DNA of 64,000 bases from Candidatus Latescibacterota bacterium (GCA_965219995.1 CBDCOX010000002.1:1184001-1248000), one strand, 5' to 3'; counted from the stretch's first letter, positions 10,689 through 19,762 are shown. A program made the numbers and translations. Notes: generated by a model not told the origin, from the sequence alone.

Positions 10689-11336
10689 TTACCGGTCCTT
10701 TGCGGACGCCTCCTTCAGAATCTCGACAACCTCGGGCTTGTCGCGATATTCCGCCAGCCAGAGGGCCGTCTTCCCGTTTCGGGTGACGGCATCGGCGTCG
10801 GCGCCCTCATCCAGCAGGCGGCCCACCACGTCCTTGTGTCCCCCGTAGGCTGCGTAGATCAGCGGCGTCCAGCCGGACCGCGCGGTGGCATTCACGTCGG
10901 CCCCTGCGGTCAGCAGGACGTGGACCACGCCCGTCAACCCTGCGTCGGCGGCGAACATCAGAGGCGTCCGAAGGTTCAGGTCTCTGGCATCCACGACAGC
11001 GCCCGCATCCAGCAGGATCTCGGTGATCGTGGAATCCTTCTTGATCGCCGCCTCCATCAGCGCTGTCCGGCTGTAGAGATCGTCATTGACATCGGCGCCT
11101 GCGTCGAGCAGGAGCTGGACCACCTCGGGGACGCCTTTCTTTGCGGCTTCGATCAATGGGGTCGTCCCCCCCTTGCCATCTTCGTTCGCATCGGCGCCTT
11201 CGTCCAGGAGTTCCTTTACACCCTCTTCATCTCCTTTTTTGACCATGGCGATCAGATCCGTGTCTTCGGCGGATTTGCATGCCGAAAACAAAAGAAGCGG
11301 GACCAGGACCACAAGATTCAACGTACGACGCGCCAT
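10689..11336 (-). CDS. Ankyrin-repeat lipoprotein
   Basis: Lipobox LFSAC; repeats GTTPLIEAA, RTALMEAA, RTPLMFAA, GWTPLIYAA, GKTALWLA with LLDAGADVN units. Confidence 0.9.
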   Translation of the reverse strand: MARRTLNLVVLVPLLLFSACKSAEDTDLIAMVKKGDEEGVKELLDEGADANEDGKGGTTPLIEAAKKGVPEVVQLLLDAGADVNDDLYSRTALMEAAIKKDSTITEILLDAGAVVDARDLNLRTPLMFAADAGLTGVVHVLLTAGADVNATARSGWTPLIYAAYGGHKDVVGRLLDEGADADAVTRNGKTALWLAEYRDKPEVVEILKEASAKDR

Positions 11337-11560
11337 ACGAACACCGGTTTTCCAGCCACGCACTGTCCTAAGAATCCGCTTTGCAGAAAACGACCGAAAC
11401 GACACGATCATCGCCGAACCGCTCCTCAAATGCGATTGTCACTGTACCTCCGGCATCGGGGCATCTACAGAGTCACGAACACGCTGACCGCCACTTCGTC
11501 CGGAACGACCGTTGGGCCTTCTTGTCGGATCCCCGGGCTGACCCGGAATCGGTTTGGCGC

Positions 11561-11983
11561 TTATTCGCCGGATTTGGAGAAAACCAGCGTTAACGTCCTG
11601 GCCTGTCCGGCCACCTGCGCGGAAATCAATATGGTTATCGTATTTCCCCCATCCGATACCTGGCCGGATTGGGTGCCGCCGCCGTCGGGAGTGAGCGTCA
11701 GGTTCGAACCCGATGCGACGTACCCTCCCGTCTGTGCGACCCGTACCACGTCGTCTGAACCCGCAGTAACGAACGATGCCACAACCGAATACCGGTTTTC
11801 GGTCAAGGTCATGATGCCGGAAGCGTTTGGAGGAGATATCGCGGAGCCCCCGGAGGGCGTCAACCTCAATAGATCGTAGGACCCGGCCAGCGTCTCGGAA
11901 GCCACGGGGTTATCGTCGTTGTCGTCTCCCCCGCACGCGGCACAGACACAAATCGCCAGCAGACCCATCAGGATGGGCTTCAT
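11561..11983 (-). CDS. Hypothetical lipoprotein (possibly a lipocalin-like beta barrel)
   Basis: MKPILMGLLAICVCAACGGDD lipoprotein signal, LAGSY motif, beta-strand-rich sequence, GAGGAG RBS. Confidence 0.65.
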   Translation of the reverse strand: MKPILMGLLAICVCAACGGDDNDDNPVASETLAGSYDLLRLTPSGGSAISPPNASGIMTLTENRYSVVASFVTAGSDDVVRVAQTGGYVASGSNLTLTPDGGGTQSGQVSDGGNTITILISAQVAGQARTLTLVFSKSGE

Positions 11984-12195
11984 AAATGCGTTCTCCTCTT
12001 GGATTTCCGACGCGATACCCCCACGCGGAGGGACGAAACACGCCCGGTCAGCGTTCGATTTCAATATAAATTGCGTACGAATCTCCGGCAAGCGTTCTTT
12101 TGGGAGGCTGGACGTTTCGCACCTCCTCACCGCCCCCCGCAGAGCGGATGCGCAGACGGATGAATTCTCATTTTAAAATTATGTTTTTTTTGGTG

Positions 12196-12224
12196 TTGAC
12201 ATTGGAAAAAATCTGAGTTATCGT
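12196..12224 (+). promoter_or_regulatory. Sigma70-type promoter for the HU/IHF gene
   Basis: TTGACA-N17-TATCGT with a T-rich upstream tract. Confidence 0.6.
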
Positions 12225-12269
12225 TGACCCTTCCATAGCTGTCGGAATCGGTTTTATCGGGGGAAACGT

Positions 12270-12581
12270 ATGGCAACAATCACGAAGGCTTCCCTGGCGC
12301 GTTACCTTTCGGACAATATCGGCCATCCCAAAACCAAAGCCTTGGAAGCCGTCGACGTTCTGTTCGAAGCCATGACGTCCTCCATCTGCAACGGCAAGCG
12401 AATTGAGATCCGTGGTTTTGGCTCGTGGGAAGTCAAGGAAACAAAGGAAAAGACCCAGGCGCGCAATCCCAGCACCGGGGAAACGGTTTACGTTCCCGCG
12501 CGTCGCAAAGTCATGTTCAAACCCGGTAAGATTCTGAAAAAGGTGCTGTCGCAGTCCCTGGAATCCGGAGCATCGAAGTAG
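12270..12581 (+). CDS. HU / integration host factor family DNA-binding protein
   Basis: ITKASL, RIEIRGFGSW, ARNPSTGETVYVPARRKVMFKPGK. Confidence 0.93.
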   Translation: MATITKASLARYLSDNIGHPKTKALEAVDVLFEAMTSSICNGKRIEIRGFGSWEVKETKEKTQARNPSTGETVYVPARRKVMFKPGKILKKVLSQSLESGASK

Positions 12582-12610
12582 ACCTGCGTCCCGAAACGCC
12601 GAAACAGCGC

Positions 12611-13417
12611 ATGCAATGGCATGAAAAGCTGAAGCAGTTTCAGACCGACGGTCCGAACAGGCTCCTGGTGGTCAGCGACTGGGACAGAACGCTGACGCGG
12701 GCCACGGCGGAGGACGGCAGAGACCAGTCAACGTGTTCGGTCATTGCGAACAGCGGGCATCTCGGACCGGCCTTCGGACGTCGTTACCGGGAGTTGTTTG
12801 ACCGCTATCGCGAAATCGAACGCGCGTCGGAACTACCACGGCACGAGAAGCTGCCCCACCTGCGTCGGTGGTGGACCCGCCAGTTCGATCTGCTGCTCGA
12901 ATACAAACTCAACATTCGAATCATTCATCGGATTGTCAGCGAGAAACGGCCGCGCCTCCGTGAAGGTGCGCGCCGTTTTTTTTGTCACCTCCACGATTGC
13001 GGCATACCCCTGGTCATTCTGTCCGCGGGCATCAGGCAGATTATCGAAGCCCGGCTCGCCGCTATTGGCGTACTCACCGCAAATGTCGTCATCATCGCCA
13101 ACGTTATCGACTTTGACACGAAAGGCGATGCGGTGGCGTACAATACTCCGCTCATCCACAGCCTGAACAAGACCGGGGCCGGCGCCGAAACGTCCCCCGG
13201 ACGGCGGAACCTGCTTCTCCTGGGCGACACGCTTGAAGATATCAACATGGCTTCGGGCATCAGCCACGAAAGCCTGCTCAGCTTCGCCTTCCCCGTCGAC
13301 TGCGACTACACTGAAGACTTTCGTTCCCTGTACGACGTCGTACTCGCTCCGGAAGCCTCACTGGAGCCGGTGAATGCAGTCTTGAACGAGCTGTGCGCGC
13401 CGTCTCGCCGGCATTAA
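12611..13417 (+). CDS. HAD-superfamily pyrimidine 5'-nucleotidase (UMPH-1/NT5C3-like)
   Basis: Motif I SDWDRTLT, EKLPHLRRWW cap, LSAGI, HSLNK and LLLGDTLEDINMA, as in eukaryotic cN-III. Confidence 0.8.
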   Translation: MQWHEKLKQFQTDGPNRLLVVSDWDRTLTRATAEDGRDQSTCSVIANSGHLGPAFGRRYRELFDRYREIERASELPRHEKLPHLRRWWTRQFDLLLEYKLNIRIIHRIVSEKRPRLREGARRFFCHLHDCGIPLVILSAGIRQIIEARLAAIGVLTANVVIIANVIDFDTKGDAVAYNTPLIHSLNKTGAGAETSPGRRNLLLLGDTLEDINMASGISHESLLSFAFPVDCDYTEDFRSLYDVVLAPEASLEPVNAVLNELCAPSRRH

Positions 13418-13590
13418 CCGGGCGCCACAGGAATCACGATCGCCGTCCGGTCCCCCGGACAGGACGGATGTGCGTGCATCCGCCCGCGTGTAGATATGCG
13501 GACCGTTCAATGCGCTTCCTGTTGATGCGTCAACGGAACCCGGACGGGCCATGGCGCGTGGCCAGTCCCGTGAAGGAAAGGAGGCGAATC

Positions 13591-13629
13591 ATGAAGGAGA
13601 TGAACACGCGGAGGGTGGCCGGCCGATAA
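13591..13629 (+). CDS. Candidate 12-aa micropeptide MKEMNTRRVAGR
   Basis: Strong SD AAAGGAGG 6 nt before the ATG, and a terminator follows. Confidence 0.3.
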   Translation: MKEMNTRRVAGR

Positions 13630-13659
13630 GGACGGCCGACATTCCTTCAGAAAGTCGAA

Positions 13660-13692
13660 CCGGGCGCCCCCGAAAAGGGGCGCCCGGCTTTT
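13660..13692 (+). terminator. Rho-independent terminator (may also serve the convergent sigma gene)
   Basis: CCGGGCGCCCC-CGAAAA-GGGGCGCCCGG followed by CTTTT. Confidence 0.75.
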
Positions 13693-13718
13693 GCTAAATG
13701 AGCTTGTCCTGTCTTCGG

Positions 13719-15086
13719 CTATTCCATTCTCATCGGCATCAGAATCGCCTTCCGGTCGGGATGGTCCGATGATACGAACAGGAGCGCGTTCTGCGGATCG
13801 GAGAAATAGACGTCCACAGTCCCCTCTGCTTCGACCCCCGATATCACGTCGCCAAGAAAGTCGTGATTTACGCTGACCCTGAAGGGTTCCGGACTGTGTT
13901 CCAGGTTGACCTGTCCATCCAGTGAAGTCATGAACCGCCAGTACGGGACATCAGCCCATGGGGCATCGTCGTTTGACACCGGCGAGTCAGCTTTTTCCTT
14001 GGCCACACCATAGCCCATGTCTCTCGACGTGATCAGCGAGAGCGTCTGATCGGCCCCGGATATCTGGATCTCTACCTTGGGCGCATAGGTCCATACATCG
14101 GAAACCGGATGGCGAGGTTCCAGATGCTCTTTGATCAAGTCAATTGCTCGCAGCAATTCGCCTGCGGCCAGCCTGGCGGTCATTCCCGCCGCGTCGGGAA
14201 TGACCGCTTCATAGTTCACGTAGGAATCGTCGATAATCGGAATCTTGCGTTTCTTCTCGCCCTCGACACGAAGGACCGCCGCCTTCTCTTGGATGGAAAT
14301 CGTGGCGCGTTTCGTGCCTCGATCCTCCAACTCGAAACCCGGCCCGAGGAGTACCTGCCTGTCCAGGTCCTCAGTCCCCTGCAGCGTGCGCAGCAGCAAC
14401 CTTGCGCCGTCCGCTGCGATCACACGTCCCCCCGTATCCAGGCAGACCCCGCAGAGTATAAGGCGGGACTCGTCGCTGCTCACGAACCGGGTCGCCCAAT
14501 GGAGGGCTCGAAGGTCCTGCGCCGTAAGATCATATGTCTGTCCAACGTTTTTCATTTCGTTCATCTCCTTTCGGATCCGCTGCCTCGCCTTCTGCAGGCG
14601 GCTGCGGACCGTGTTGACTTGCAGTCCCAGCTGATATGCGGTTTCCGCGTAGGAACGCCCCTCGAAATAGTGCTTTTCGATCACGTCACGATGCGCTTCT
14701 GACAGCCTGCGAATCGCCTGCCTGATCATCATCCGTGCTTCCCGCTCCGCCCCCGAATCGTCAAATGCAAGTTCCCGCCATTCCTCGGTCAACAGACGCT
14801 CGAAACGAACCTGAACCATTCGCCGGCGGCACCACTTAACGGCCGCATTATCCGCGATTTTCAAAAGCCAATGTGAAAACCGGCTTCCATCCCGCAGTTG
14901 ACCCAGACGCCGAAACGCCTGCAGGAATACCTCCTGCGCCAGGTCTTCGGCATCGTCCGGTTGCCTGACGATACGGCGGATTCTCGCGAAAACCAGCCCG
15001 CCATGGCGCTCCACGAGGCGGCCGAACGCCCATGTTTCTCCCGATACCGCCAGCCGGACCAGGTCCCGGTCCTCGAGTGGTTCCAA
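13719..15086 (-). CDS. ECF sigma-70 factor fused to a DNA polymerase III beta-clamp-like C-terminal region (DnaN domains II-III)
   Basis: N-terminal sigma region 2 (DAEDLAQEVFLQAF, FSHWLLKIADN) and region 4 (SYAETAYQLGLQVNTVRSRLQKAR). C-terminal SSDESRLILCGV, IAADGARL, YVNYEAVIP, VNHDFLGDVI and terminal ILMPMR match DnaN motifs. GGGAGG RBS with TTG start. Confidence 0.85.
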   Translation of the reverse strand: MEPLEDRDLVRLAVSGETWAFGRLVERHGGLVFARIRRIVRQPDDAEDLAQEVFLQAFRRLGQLRDGSRFSHWLLKIADNAAVKWCRRRMVQVRFERLLTEEWRELAFDDSGAEREARMMIRQAIRRLSEAHRDVIEKHYFEGRSYAETAYQLGLQVNTVRSRLQKARQRIRKEMNEMKNVGQTYDLTAQDLRALHWATRFVSSDESRLILCGVCLDTGGRVIAADGARLLLRTLQGTEDLDRQVLLGPGFELEDRGTKRATISIQEKAAVLRVEGEKKRKIPIIDDSYVNYEAVIPDAAGMTARLAAGELLRAIDLIKEHLEPRHPVSDVWTYAPKVEIQISGADQTLSLITSRDMGYGVAKEKADSPVSNDDAPWADVPYWRFMTSLDGQVNLEHSPEPFRVSVNHDFLGDVISGVEAEGTVDVYFSDPQNALLFVSSDHPDRKAILMPMRME

Positions 15087-15132
15087 ATGACGCCTCCCGG
15101 AGGGGGCGGAACATCACGCACGCGACATGAAT

Positions 15133-15161
15133 ACAGATACCCGGCGCGACGGAAAGTATCC
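15133..15161 (-). promoter_or_regulatory. Possible ECF-type (autoregulatory) promoter
   Basis: Minus strand GGATACTT-N16-TCTGT resembles the sigmaE-type GGAACTT-N16-TCTGA consensus, upstream of the sigma gene RBS. Confidence 0.3.
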
Positions 15162-15210
15162 TGCGGACGATAAAAAATCCCGGCGCCACGCCTGCTCGCG
15201 GTCCTCAAAC

Positions 15211-15235
15211 AAAAAAGCCACCCGATACGGGCGGC
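15211..15235 (-). terminator. Rho-independent terminator after the transglutaminase-like gene
   Basis: Minus strand GCCGCCCG-TAT-CGGGTGGC followed by TTTTTT. Confidence 0.65.
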
Positions 15236-15273
15236 GGCTTGCCAGGTGTATAATGAAAACGCTGCGGCGTCCG

Positions 15274-17352
15274 TTATAATGAGACCGCGAGACTACTGAC
15301 GGGACCCTTTACGCCGGCGCTGTTGACGGATCGCACCCGCAGGGTGTTCAGCCCAATGTGCAGACGCCAGTCGAAGGCCTCCAAGCACGGTTTCCATTCA
15401 TCCCGGTCCACGCTGGACAGAAAACCCGAGAAACAGGGTGTCTGCGTCTCCAGGCTGACCCTCAGCAAGGCCGCGTTCCGCGTCGTCTCCACCGTGTACC
15501 GGGTCTGGTTCATCGACGGATAGAAGTCCGATCGCCGGTTCGTGTGACGCGAGAAGTGCGGCAGCGGCGGCACGATGTCATCTGCCCAGTTGAGATATCC
15601 GTCCCACGCCCAGACCTCCGTGCCCTGACTCACCGGAAGCGGCCGCGGCTGACTGAACACGTTGCTGCGCGGGATCATCCGGAAGTGGCAGAAGGACCGG
15701 AACAGAAAGTGCGCTCCTTCGGTTGTGGAAAACTCGTGGCGGCCTTCCCGTATCCCGATCGGCAGGTCACGGACGAGTGAATCCAGGTCCTGCCGGAACA
15801 GATACGGACAATCCCAGCGTTCGACGTCCTCGAGCCGGTCCACGAGGACCCGGTGCACCTCGAGCGTATCCAGCGGCACACGCGTTTCCGGATCGTACCA
15901 GTAGAAATCCCGAGTGGCGTCCAGATGGACCCACTTGCCATAATCGTTCGACCAGACCTCCGCAATCTCGTGCCCGGTCATGCCTTCGCTGTGAAAGTTC
16001 ACGTGACGCGCGGGAAAGCCGAAGCTCAGGCACGCGGCCACGAGCGCCACGTTCGGATACAGACACATCTTGTCGCGCCGGCGTTCCCTGTATCGATTCA
16101 TTGAAATCGCGCCCGATTCGTCCCGCTCGAGCACCAGCCAATCCAACACGTTCCAGGGAAAGTGCCGGCACGCGCCCAGCGGAACGGCATACGCCCACGC
16201 CATCAGGCGCTCGATGGCTTCGAATTCAGTCTGCGCCCCGGAGACAACGGCGTCCAGTTCAAACCGTTCTCGCAGTTGCCGCAACGTGTCGTGCCCGTAG
16301 TCTTCATCCGCGCGCCAGAACGAAGACCGTCTGATGACCGGGTTCTCCGCATTGACGATTCGCGGACGCGGCGCACCGTCAGGGCGCACCTCCGCCTGAA
16401 CCCGAATCGTTCTCAGAACAGGAGTGCGCGCCGGATCCGACGTCTGAAGCCGCATGCGCCATTGGAGGTAACGTCCCTGCAGGCGCGTTACCGGCGACCC
16501 GCGTTTACATGATTGCCATTCGCTCCAGCCCTCCCCGTTCACAACCGGGCCGGCCCCCGTGCGCACCTCACAGCCGACAGCAGTTCCACCCGGGACGTCC
16601 GCGTCCCAGTCCAAATGCAATTCACGAATGGATTGGCGCCGCTTCACGCCGTCGCGTTCGCCCGCGGCATCGATGACCGGCGACACGACAACCCCTTCCT
16701 CGCGATAACCGTCCACGATCAGCCGGATCACGTATTCGCCGCGTTCTGGCTCCCAATCGCCGTTTCGACGCACAAAACTCGACGCGGGCAAAACGACCGG
16801 GTCCGCCATTCCCTTTTCGAAGTCCCGGTAATCCGCCACCGTCAGGCTCCATCCCACCCTCCCGCCCGCCACGTCGACAGCCAGATGGTTTTCACCCTGC
16901 CGCAGACATCCCGGCGGAAGTTCCACGTAATACCAGCGGCTCCAGCTCCACGCGCCTTCATCGGACGCCAACTCCCAGTACTGCCGGGCGTCGGGGGTCG
17001 CCAGCGGGGACGGCGGCCGCAGCACCTCCCGTCCGTTGACGTTGAATCGCAATGTGGCCGAATGGCCCCGCCTCTCCCTTGCGATAAAGGCGACCTGTGC
17101 CTTCCCGGGAGGACGCTGCGCCAACGTCAGTGTCTTCTTCAGCGCCGCGCGGCCCGATAATGCCAGGAACGGGTCCTCGTCCCGGTCGTCCGACCTTCCG
17201 GCGCCGGGGCTGTCGTTCTCCGCCACCGAACCTCTGAAGAGGCGGATCCCGTCTTCTTCTTCCCCCATCCAGAGATCCGTAACGTCCGAGCCACTGTAGA
17301 TCTCTCGCGCGGGAAAGCGGGTCTCGATCCGCCTGTATCCCTCTTCAGCCAT
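15274..17352 (-). CDS. Transglutaminase-like domain protein with large N-terminal beta domains
   Basis: Catalytic triad context KMCLYPNVAL (Cys), GHEIAEVWS (His), KWVHLDAT (Asp). Confidence 0.75.
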   Translation of the reverse strand: MAEEGYRRIETRFPAREIYSGSDVTDLWMGEEEDGIRLFRGSVAENDSPGAGRSDDRDEDPFLALSGRAALKKTLTLAQRPPGKAQVAFIARERRGHSATLRFNVNGREVLRPPSPLATPDARQYWELASDEGAWSWSRWYYVELPPGCLRQGENHLAVDVAGGRVGWSLTVADYRDFEKGMADPVVLPASSFVRRNGDWEPERGEYVIRLIVDGYREEGVVVSPVIDAAGERDGVKRRQSIRELHLDWDADVPGGTAVGCEVRTGAGPVVNGEGWSEWQSCKRGSPVTRLQGRYLQWRMRLQTSDPARTPVLRTIRVQAEVRPDGAPRPRIVNAENPVIRRSSFWRADEDYGHDTLRQLRERFELDAVVSGAQTEFEAIERLMAWAYAVPLGACRHFPWNVLDWLVLERDESGAISMNRYRERRRDKMCLYPNVALVAACLSFGFPARHVNFHSEGMTGHEIAEVWSNDYGKWVHLDATRDFYWYDPETRVPLDTLEVHRVLVDRLEDVERWDCPYLFRQDLDSLVRDLPIGIREGRHEFSTTEGAHFLFRSFCHFRMIPRSNVFSQPRPLPVSQGTEVWAWDGYLNWADDIVPPLPHFSRHTNRRSDFYPSMNQTRYTVETTRNAALLRVSLETQTPCFSGFLSSVDRDEWKPCLEAFDWRLHIGLNTLRVRSVNSAGVKGPVSSLAVSL

Positions 17353-17422
17353 CTTCGGACCTCTGCCGATTCGCAGGTTCGCTGCGGGCGGCGTACCGTA
17401 TGCGGGGTGGACAAAACCCCGT

Positions 17423-18661
17423 CTACTTCAGGTAGGCGGCTTCCACTTTCTCCAGAGCGGCCACAATGTCGGACACTTCCCGTTCCCCGTAGTTCTCGTG
17501 GACGGGCATCGTAAAGTGGCTTTCCGCGGCCTTAACCGCGTTGGGGCACGGGAAGGTGGCATTGCGGTCGCCCTTGTAGTCCGGGAGCCCCCAGGGATAG
17601 TCGGTGTTTCCGAAAACCCTGCGTTCCCTGAACCATGTCGCCTCGGACGGGATATGCCTGTAGGACACCGACCCGGGAGTGCCTTCAGCGGCCAGCGCCC
17701 GGACGAAACCCGCCTTGTCCACGTTCAGCTTCGCCGTATCCAGGTGGAACCGGAGAAACCAGTACACACATTCCGTGCCCTGTACCTGCCTGCCCATGGA
17801 GACGGCCTTCAGATGTTCGATACCGTCGCGTATCGCATCTCCCACCTTTCGCCGGTTGTCCGCAATCTCCCCCAGGCGTCGCAACTGGACACGGCCGATG
17901 GCCGCCGCCAGATCGCTCCCGTTCATATTCAGGCTCGCCCTCACGTTGGAAAGCCCGCTGCCCTCCAGATTATACGGTTTGCCCCGATCCGAGAAGCGCT
18001 TCACCCGCCAATAGAGATCGTGGTCCCTGGCGAAGATGACTCCGCCCTGGGAACCGGTGGCGTGATGCTTTCCGCTCATCGTCGAAAACGTCCCCATCGT
18101 CCCCATGCTGCCTACGAGTCTTCCCCTGTATCTGGCGCCGTGGGCCTGCGCGCAGTCTTCGATCACGGGCAGCCCGCGCGAATCGGCCAGCTCCAGAATC
18201 GGGTCCATGTCGGCCGGTTCGCCGGCGATATGCGCCACGATGATCGCTCGCGAATGCTCCGTCAGCACGGCTTCGATCTGTGCCGCCCCGGCGTTGAACG
18301 TTCCCGGGGCGGCATCCGCCACCACCGGAACCAGGTTCAGCAGCGCCACGGGCATCACGCCGCCGGGATCCGTGATCGGAGGCACCACGACCTCCCCCGG
18401 GACCTCCGGTTCGAGGCCCCCGAGCGCCGCGTAGAGAGAGGTGGTGCCCGAGTTCACGAGATCGGCGTATCCACCGCCCATGAAATCCGCGAAGTCGCGT
18501 TCATACGCCCTCTCCTCCGGGCCGTCGTACCCGAACGCGTTGCCCGACCGGATACTCTCGTCGAAGAGCGCCATCACGGCCTGCTTCTCTTCCTCACCGA
18601 AAAGGCGCCGCGCGGGCATCGGCGCATTACGGACCTTCTCACCGCCATCGATCGCCAGCAT
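17423..18661 (-). CDS. DegT/DnrJ/EryC1/StrS PLP-dependent aminotransferase
   Basis: MLAIDGG, VNSGTTSL, VIEDCAQAHGA, GTFS...KHHATG. Confidence 0.9.
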   Translation of the reverse strand: MLAIDGGEKVRNAPMPARRLFGEEEKQAVMALFDESIRSGNAFGYDGPEERAYERDFADFMGGGYADLVNSGTTSLYAALGGLEPEVPGEVVVPPITDPGGVMPVALLNLVPVVADAAPGTFNAGAAQIEAVLTEHSRAIIVAHIAGEPADMDPILELADSRGLPVIEDCAQAHGARYRGRLVGSMGTMGTFSTMSGKHHATGSQGGVIFARDHDLYWRVKRFSDRGKPYNLEGSGLSNVRASLNMNGSDLAAAIGRVQLRRLGEIADNRRKVGDAIRDGIEHLKAVSMGRQVQGTECVYWFLRFHLDTAKLNVDKAGFVRALAAEGTPGSVSYRHIPSEATWFRERRVFGNTDYPWGLPDYKGDRNATFPCPNAVKAAESHFTMPVHENYGEREVSDIVAALEKVEAAYLK

Positions 18662-18683
18662 ACCAGTTGCCTCCTGAAGGTTG

Positions 18684-19583
18684 TTATGATACAGCTCCGG
18701 CAAAGGCGCGCCACAATGCATCGATGCCCTTGCCCATTGTCCGCTCATCCGGAAAACAGCGATAGACCAATCGTGTGTGCGCCACCATCTCGACGCCGGC
18801 CGCGAGATCGCGGCCGTAACACCAGTCGTGTGCGGTATCCCATCCGTGGTACTGTCCCGTCAGATAGGTCGTGTGGACGGGGTCGCACAGGAAGACCAGC
18901 GTGAACCCGTTGGAAGAGTTCCGCGCGGCAAGTACGGGCTGGCTGAAGTCCCTGTCTTCCAGGTCCCGATGCATTCCCCTGGCCGGGTCACCGTACCGTC
19001 CGTCCCGAAGCATTTCACGGGATCGGCCGTCTCTGACGATGCCGAACGTCCGGTTGATTTCCGCGCGGTTGGCGAGCCTTGTCCAGTTTCGAGTCCCGTC
19101 GGCATTGTCCAAAGACACCCAGGTCTCATCAAAATCTTCGACAATGTAAGAAGCGAAGAAAACCTCGAAGCGCCGAATATCCACCGACGGCCGGATGATC
19201 ATCTTCAGGTCCACCCCGTCGCCGTGCGGCAGGTAGACGAGATCCATCGCCAACCGGAAATCCGGCTCCACCGGGAAATGGATGGCCACCCCGTCTTCTG
19301 TCAATTCGTGCGCCACCTGCCTCGCCAGAGAGATCCGCCTGGGGTACATGACCATGCCCCAACCGGGCTTCAGATAATATTCCGCATTCAGGAATGCCTT
19401 ATTGTGCCGGACCACCCCGACCCTGTAGTCCCGGTGCATCAAACCGCAGACGCCGTGGTAATTCATGAACGGCTGAATACCGCCCATAATCTCGCCGGTA
19501 TCGAACTCGTAGCACTGAGACAGGGTGCTCCAGGCAATCTGCACAACCGTCCTCCGGGAAAACCGCGTTTCGTCCCGGTACAC
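18684..19583 (-). CDS. Hypothetical protein (possibly a galactose-mutarotase-like beta sandwich)
   Basis: Long ORF co-oriented with and ending 22 nt before the aminotransferase start; aromatic, beta-rich composition. Start uncertain. Confidence 0.55.
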   Translation of the reverse strand: MYRDETRFSRRTVVQIAWSTLSQCYEFDTGEIMGGIQPFMNYHGVCGLMHRDYRVGVVRHNKAFLNAEYYLKPGWGMVMYPRRISLARQVAHELTEDGVAIHFPVEPDFRLAMDLVYLPHGDGVDLKMIIRPSVDIRRFEVFFASYIVEDFDETWVSLDNADGTRNWTRLANRAEINRTFGIVRDGRSREMLRDGRYGDPARGMHRDLEDRDFSQPVLAARNSSNGFTLVFLCDPVHTTYLTGQYHGWDTAHDWCYGRDLAAGVEMVAHTRLVYRCFPDERTMGKGIDALWRAFAGAVS

Positions 19584-19762
19584 GCGGAAAAACCGGCGTC
19601 CGCAATCGGGTCCCGTCCCCGGGCGCCGTTCGACCGCAAGATAATACTCTGGGGGGTCAACGCAACCGGATTCTGGACGCGAAAAAAGCGCGAGAATGGG
19701 ATTCCCGCGCCAGTTCGAGGTTGAAATTCACCGATGGCGTCACAGGCCGTCTGTCTGCAAAC

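Noticed and set aside
13719-14560. Treating the clamp-like region as the housekeeping dnaN gene
   Set aside because: It appears to lack domain I, is in frame with a sigma factor, and is not in a dnaA-recF-gyrB context.
15249-15254. Perfect TATAAT on the plus strand
   Set aside because: There is no correctly spaced -35, and it would fire antisense into the transglutaminase-like gene, so it is probably chance.
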